DNA of 64,000 nt from Desulfurococcaceae archaeon (GTDB taxonomy: Archaea > Thermoproteota > Thermoprotei_A > Sulfolobales > Desulfurococcaceae), in contig JAWAJB010000002.1 of assembly GCA_038888155.1 (NCBI GenBank), positions 160,001-224,000 on the forward strand, in the 5' to 3' direction. The position numbers and the translations under genes were made by a program. Position 1 is the first letter of the stretch; each line of letters starts with the position of its first letter. Shown piece by piece: positions 58,718 to 64,000 of this stretch. Below the pieces are notes generated by a model. That model was not told the origin of the DNA and ran no database searches. It saw only the letters and a list, made by a program, of their open reading frames with translations.

Positions 58718-58886
58718 GGATGAGAGCCTCTTCGTTAATATTGTTTATTATAATTCTTAATATTTCTTAGACTGTTGTTGGAAGAGGTTTGCATTTTTGC
58801 CTTGAAATATTGTTCCCGTAGATGTTAAGTAAATCTTAAGGATCTTCAATATAAAAAATATAAATTATAGCGCTATTTAAAAGGTA

Positions 58887-60272
58887 TTAAAGCAACAATT
58901 TATTGGCGCACTTGTTAACTTTATCAACTATATCATTCAATTTTTGGATATCATCGTCGAGAGATATATGGTATCGCCTCGTCAACTCTCCAATATGCTT
59001 AGTAATGTACTTGTCTTTTAGTAAGTGGCACAGGTCTACACCTAGTGATGCTAGTACAGCACGATAATCTGTTGCATTTTTTAGAGCTTTAGCGACTTCA
59101 AAATATATCTCTCTTGCTGGCTTGCCCTCCCTTGTTGAGAGCTCCTCTACTAACTCGCTGCTCCAGCATGGTTTTTCTGCCAGTACCTTTTCAATTAATT
59201 CGCCGTTTATTTTAATTCCCTTGATAAAATCTGAAACTACATCAATCACGTCGTTAGTCTTATTAAATGCCTCCATGAGAAGGGCATTTATTTCCTGTAG
59301 CTCTAAGTTGTATCCGTATGGAAGAGAACTGTAAAGCGATAATGATGATGTAAGCAGACCTATTGCCTTATATGCATTTGCCCTAGTTATCTCCATTGTG
59401 ACAAGGTTTTTCTTGTGTGGCATAATGCTGCTCGTGGCAATGTGCTCTAGCGGAGCCTTGACTCCCTCTGGTATAGTTGCATTTAAAATTAGCATATCTT
59501 CGGCAAACCTGCTTATCTCAGTTAAAAGTATAGTGACAAGCGACAGTGGGTATATTAGAAATAGCCTAGAGCCGGTGGCAAAATATGGAGGGAGAGGCTC
59601 GCTATAAAGGCATAGGGTCTCGGATAGCTTATTAAAATCAGGTTCTATCATGCTACCAGCTGCGGGACCGCTTCCCAACGGATTTTCGTCTATTAAAGAG
59701 AGAGATGCTGCAAGCAGTTGCCAAATGCGAGTGAATGTGTGTTCATATGAAAGGAAGTATATAGATGCTGTACCCCCTTGAGCTAATTGCCTATGAGTAA
59801 AGTACGGCATGTTGATCTCTTGGTACTCAATAGCCTTTTCAAGCATAATGCGCCTCAATTCGAGGAGCTTGTATAGAACTTCGATTACCCTCTCTCTTGT
59901 AAATAGCCTTAAAACGGCTGCGACGTGATCGTTTCTGCTGCGTCCCAATGCTAAATATCCTGCTAAAGGCCCAACCTCCTTATATAAATAAGCCTCTATA
60001 GCTTCGAAAAAGTCCTCAAATACGTGACCTTCCTTCTCAATCCACTCATAGACATTTTTTGCGTTCAGCTGTATTGTCTCTCTTAGGATGTTAACCAGCT
60101 TATTGAGTTCTTCGCCCTTAGGTACAAGTCCCTTGGCTTCGAGACTCCTTAAGTGAGCTAGTATGACCATGGCTATGTGTTTTGCTATGTATTTGTCTTG
60201 CTCTAAGCTAGAAGTATATTTTTCAACTGGTAGCTTAGACTCGCCCAAAAACGATCTATATCTAATTACCAT
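58887..60272 (-). CDS. argH: argininosuccinate lyase-like fumarase-superfamily enzyme
   Basis: GRSRND, P.FTH.Q.AQ, PLGSG, SSIMPHKKN, GYNLELQE. Confidence 0.8.
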   Translation of the reverse strand: MVIRYRSFLGESKLPVEKYTSSLEQDKYIAKHIAMVILAHLRSLEAKGLVPKGEELNKLVNILRETIQLNAKNVYEWIEKEGHVFEDFFEAIEAYLYKEVGPLAGYLALGRSRNDHVAAVLRLFTRERVIEVLYKLLELRRIMLEKAIEYQEINMPYFTHRQLAQGGTASIYFLSYEHTFTRIWQLLAASLSLIDENPLGSGPAAGSMIEPDFNKLSETLCLYSEPLPPYFATGSRLFLIYPLSLVTILLTEISRFAEDMLILNATIPEGVKAPLEHIATSSIMPHKKNLVTMEITRANAYKAIGLLTSSLSLYSSLPYGYNLELQEINALLMEAFNKTNDVIDVVSDFIKGIKINGELIEKVLAEKPCWSSELVEELSTREGKPAREIYFEVAKALKNATDYRAVLASLGVDLCHLLKDKYITKHIGELTRRYHISLDDDIQKLNDIVDKVNKCANKLLL

Positions 60273-60432
60273 ACTTACCCCTTTGACTTATATGAATTAT
60301 ATTTTTCAATTATAAGTTTAAATAAAATCATGCATCTCATCAGGTGTTCTTATGGAGGACCTGTAAATGCAGATCCTGGATTGTGTGTGTTTTTACCTCC
60401 TCTACTCTATATAATATGTTACGTGTATCCCC

Positions 60433-61128
60433 ATGGAGCATGAAAGCATATCAAAATTAGTAGAAGAGGTATTAAAGAGCGATCCAGCAATAACCAAGTG
60501 CCTAGAAATGGGCATAGTAAATTACTCGAAATTGGCTAGGAGGCTAAAATCAGTGTTATCCAAGACAATAAGTCGAGATATTTCGCTTGAGTCAATAAAA
60601 ATGGCTTTGATTAGGCTACAGGCGAAGGGAGGCATCTTTCAACCTGTTAGTAAAGAGGCTTTGAGCGTTATTGCTAGATCAAGAGTTGAGGTAAGAACAG
60701 GCGTTGTAATAATAATTGTAGGCGCTGGTCTACTGCAAAAAGCCCTCTCAGTAGCATCGGAGATATCGCCTAAAGCTAGGTATATTGCAATAATGCACAG
60801 TGGCATGACTGCTACGATAGTCCTCGACGAGTCCTCGGCAAACACCTTACTAAGACTAATAGATAATCAAAGCGTTATAGAAATTCAGCGCGATCATGCG
60901 GCACTAGTAGTTATCAGCCCTCCAGATATTACATGGGTTCCAGGAGTAGTAGCATATATAACAAACATACTAGCTAACCATGGAATTAATATCCTGCATA
61001 TAGAGTCTTGCTACACAGACACTGTCATGGTTGTAACTAAGAAGGATTTGATCCCAGCGTTTAACGTACTAGTGAAACACATTGAAATAGCAAAAGCCCT
61101 TCTCATGGGAACAGAAAAACATTCATAG
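60433..61128 (+). CDS. ACT domain protein with an N-terminal HTH-like domain
   Basis: G.VNYS.LAR, PGVVAYI...LA..GINI..I.SCYTDT. Confidence 0.8.
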   Translation: MEHESISKLVEEVLKSDPAITKCLEMGIVNYSKLARRLKSVLSKTISRDISLESIKMALIRLQAKGGIFQPVSKEALSVIARSRVEVRTGVVIIIVGAGLLQKALSVASEISPKARYIAIMHSGMTATIVLDESSANTLLRLIDNQSVIEIQRDHAALVVISPPDITWVPGVVAYITNILANHGINILHIESCYTDTVMVVTKKDLIPAFNVLVKHIEIAKALLMGTEKHS

Positions 61129-61322
61129 GAGAAGAGTGTAGCCGGAGAACACCTCGAAAGATTTTGATCAGATTATCTGAGGGACTGAAACCAACGCGAG
61201 TTTCAAAAAGTGAGTTAAACGAAGGCCATCAACATACCAAGATTTATATTAATCTAATACAGGTTCTTTAAACAAGTCCATGGACCCTAACTATATATTA
61301 TTACTGGCATATGATTGAATAG

Positions 61323-62291
61323 GTGTTATTTATGTTCTACCTAAAGGATGTGTATTCAGCTCGAAAGCGAATATCTAAGTACGTTAGAAGAACGCCCTTG
61401 GTATACTCTAAAAAGCTATCAAACCTCCTTGGCTTTAACACTTACCTTAAACTCGAGAATCACCAAGTCACAAGGGCTTTTAAAGTAAGAGGAGGTGTAA
61501 ACTACGTGTTGAGTAATGAGGATGAAGCCCTAAAGAGTGGATTAATTACGGCATCGACCGGCAACCATGCCCAGTCCATAGCATACGCTGGGTCCATTAT
61601 AGGGGCAAAAGTTGTGGTTGTGATGCCCCATGGCGTATCGAGAGTTAAGGTAGATGCTGTAAAAGACTTGGGCGCTGAGGTCATATTCTATGGAAAAGTT
61701 TTTGATGAGGCACTAGATTATGCGCTAGATTTATCCAAGAACAAAGGCATGAAATTCGTACACAGTGTGAATGAATCCCTCTTATACCCTGGAGTTGGAA
61801 CTATGCACTTAGAAGTGCTTGAGGATTTACCCGAGGTGAATGTAGTAATTAACCCTATTGGTGGAGGATCTGGGGCAAGTAGCGGAGTAATTATATACAA
61901 GACTGTTAATCCTAAGATCAAAGTCATCGGCGTTCAAGCAGAGGGGGCTCCTAGTGTTTATTTATCGATAAAGGAAGGAAAGGTCGTTTCAACGGGCGAG
62001 GCCAGGACTGCTGCTGAAGGTCTGGCTACATCAAGGGCCTATGACTTTTCTTTTAATATATTAAAGGGCAGAATAGATGACGTGGTGCTTGTAAGCGACA
62101 GGGAGATATTTCGGGCTGTAAAGCTGTTGGTTGAAACAGAGAGAGAGATCGCAGAACCAGCGGGAGCTGCTTCTTTGGCTGCTGCTCTCAAATTAAAAAA
62201 CACGGAAGACATTAATGTCGTCCTAATGGTAACAGGTGGCAACATAGATATCCCAATATTGAGTAAATTACTTCAAAGCCAGGAGGACTAA
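61323..62291 (+). CDS. ilvA: threonine/serine dehydratase (PLP-dependent, no regulatory domain)
   Basis: RTPL, KLEN...AFKVRG, STGNHAQ, PIGGG, AEPAGA, TGGN. Confidence 0.88.
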   Translation: MLFMFYLKDVYSARKRISKYVRRTPLVYSKKLSNLLGFNTYLKLENHQVTRAFKVRGGVNYVLSNEDEALKSGLITASTGNHAQSIAYAGSIIGAKVVVVMPHGVSRVKVDAVKDLGAEVIFYGKVFDEALDYALDLSKNKGMKFVHSVNESLLYPGVGTMHLEVLEDLPEVNVVINPIGGGSGASSGVIIYKTVNPKIKVIGVQAEGAPSVYLSIKEGKVVSTGEARTAAEGLATSRAYDFSFNILKGRIDDVVLVSDREIFRAVKLLVETEREIAEPAGAASLAAALKLKNTEDINVVLMVTGGNIDIPILSKLLQSQED

Positions 62292-62473
62292 TAATCGACT
62301 CAATAATTTTATATTCTATCAAACATCATTTTGTGAAATAAATAAGTCTTTAAGTAAACATCGGCTTCAATGAGCCCTTCGGTATAAGTTAATTAAGGTG
62401 AAAACTTATAAAGGCAAAGGTCGTATTACTCTTTTCCAAGTAAATAACTTGGCGCTAAACGCTGGGAAAGAAA

Positions 62474-63394
62474 ATGGGCTTTGGAAGATATATAATAAAA
62501 AGCCTATTGGCCTCCATACCTGTGCTTATAGGGGCTACTTTTATAGTATTTGCCCTTATTTACGTTACAGGTGACCCAGTCAGCGTAATTCTAGGAGAGT
62601 TCGCAACTCCAGAATTAGTTGAGAAGCTTAGGCAAGACCTTGGGCTAGATAAACCACTTATCGTTCAGTACTTCATTTGGTTAAGTAGGGTAATAAGAGG
62701 AGATTTTGGGGTGTCCTATATGAGCAGGCTTCCAGTAACACTAGTTGTACTAGAGAGAATCCCAACTACGCTAATGTTAACTGGAACTGCATTTCTAATT
62801 TCACTAGGCCTGGGCATTTCATCTGGCGTTCTGGCCGCCCTTCGACACGGCTCAAGGGTGGATACGATTATTAGTTCTGTTATCATATTCTTCTTCTCTG
62901 TGCCCTACTTCTGGTTCGCTACAGTTCTCTTGTGGATATTTACTGTTCAGATACGATTGTACTCTACAATCGGCGATCTCTTTCAAAGGTTGTGGTTGCC
63001 GTCTATTGCCCTAGGAGTTCCTACGGCGGCAGCGTACGCTAAGCTCACCAGATCTAATGTTATTGACACGCTTTATCAAGACTATGTTCGTACCGCTAAG
63101 TCTAAGGGTTTAAGGGAACGCATTATTATTATAAGGCACGTTCTAAAAAATGCACTATTACCTATAGTAGCTCTTGCTGTTCTGAGAATTCCATGGCTTT
63201 TTGGCGGCGCCGTAGTAACAGAATCTGTATTCGGTTGGCCCGGATTGGGTTCGCTGCTTATAACAGCAATATATAGGCGAGATTTTCCCATAGTTCAAGC
63301 CATAACATTCATTATAGTAGTTATGATTACAGTATCGGATATACTTGGTGACCTGTTAATGGCGCTTATAGACCCTAGGGTGCGAATGGGGTGA
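62474..63394 (+). CDS. dppB: peptide/nickel ABC transporter permease
   Basis: GLDKP..VQY, GDFG.S, DYVRTA.SKGL, ESVF.WPG.G, DPRVR. Confidence 0.92.
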   Translation: MGFGRYIIKSLLASIPVLIGATFIVFALIYVTGDPVSVILGEFATPELVEKLRQDLGLDKPLIVQYFIWLSRVIRGDFGVSYMSRLPVTLVVLERIPTTLMLTGTAFLISLGLGISSGVLAALRHGSRVDTIISSVIIFFFSVPYFWFATVLLWIFTVQIRLYSTIGDLFQRLWLPSIALGVPTAAAYAKLTRSNVIDTLYQDYVRTAKSKGLRERIIIIRHVLKNALLPIVALAVLRIPWLFGGAVVTESVFGWPGLGSLLITAIYRRDFPIVQAITFIIVVMITVSDILGDLLMALIDPRVRMG

Positions 63395-63400
63395 CCCACT

Positions 63401-64000
63401 CTGGGTGTGCTTAAATCATCATTAGACATTATAAAAAAGAACATCATAGGAAAAACAGCAATTTTTCTCAGGGATAAGAAGAGCTTATTGAGCATTACCA
63501 TACTCTTATGCATAGTAATGTTATCTGTAATGGCCGACTATATTGCACCTTATCACTTTAACGAACAGGATCTAGCTAGAAGGTTGCAACCTCCCAGCAT
63601 GATCCACGTCTTTGGTACTGATGCTCTGGGAAGAGACATATTTTCTAGGATATTGTACGCGGGTCGCGTGACGCTCTTGTTGGGTGTAACGATAACCATA
63701 CTCACATCAATTATAGGGATCTCCTTTGGCTTGCTATCGGGTTACGTTGGTGGGTTAGTTGACCTAATTATATGCAAAATAGCTGAGATCTTTTGGGCTT
63801 TCCCAACAATAGTACTGGCCCTCGCGTTAGCCGCTGTTCTCGGCCCGAGCGTTGAAAATGTAATCCTAGTTCTTGCTATACTTATGTGGGTGCCGTTTAC
63901 TAAGGTCACTAGGGCTAAAGCGCTTGTTCTGCGTGAAATGCCATTCATTAAGTATGTAAAGGCATTGGGCCTAAACCCCTTTATAATAATAGGTAAACAC
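63401..64000 (+). CDS. dppC: peptide ABC transporter permease, runs off the window end
   Basis: frame from CTG 63401 or GTG 63407 reads IAPY..LQPPS..HVFGTDALGRDIFSRILY; absent from the ORF track because no stop lies in the window. Confidence 0.88.
   Translation, partial: MGVLKSSLDIIKKNIIGKTAIFLRDKKSLLSITILLCIVMLSVMADYIAPYHFNEQDLARRLQPPSMIHVFGTDALGRDIFSRILYAGRVTLLLGVTITILTSIIGISFGLLSGYVGGLVDLIICKIAEIFWAFPTIVLALALAAVLGPSVENVILVLAILMWVPFTKVTRAKALVLREMPFIKYVKALGLNPFIIIGKH

Noticed and set aside
60300-60345. Minus-strand CTGATGA as a hammerhead core or C/D box
   Set aside because: No closing stem II before GAAA and no properly spaced partner box

Overview
64 kb of core chromosome from a hyperthermophilic crenarchaeon, most likely Desulfurococcaceae/Desulfurococcales. 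This assignment rests on the single-OB-fold crenarchaeal SSB, the gins23-mcm operon, GGTGA Shine-Dalgarno sites and frequent TTG starts. Contents: a probable GDGT ring synthase (Grs-family radical SAM), a bacterial-type MetRS, guaB, a tRNA-processing cluster (trm11, rnz, thpR, cca, intron-containing tRNA-Pro(GGG)), a replication cluster (intein-bearing mcm, gins23, rfcS, rfcL), thiI, an eight-gene nucleotide operon (purA, FAD oxidoreductase, purB, PRTase, pyrF, pyrE, pyrK, pyrD), ssb with a PqqD-like gene, a tungsten AOR module, a RavA/ViaA-like pair, iorAB-acdA, a lone argH, and the start of a dpp/opp operon. I saw no CRISPR array, IS element, provirus or rRNA. The most notable observations not in the ORF track are: (i) mcm and pyrD cannot reach their conserved N-termini from ATG/GTG/TTG and seem to start at ATA and ATC behind strong SD sites, and rfcS and dppC possibly start at CTG; (ii) the MCM intein has lost both LAGLIDADG catalytic acids; (iii) there are unannotated C/D box sRNAs; (iv) an uncharacterised Cys-rich flavoprotein is translationally coupled between purA and purB; (v) a PqqD/RRE-like gene is coupled to ssb near a SPASM radical SAM. 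All family calls come from motif recognition by eye, not database searches.
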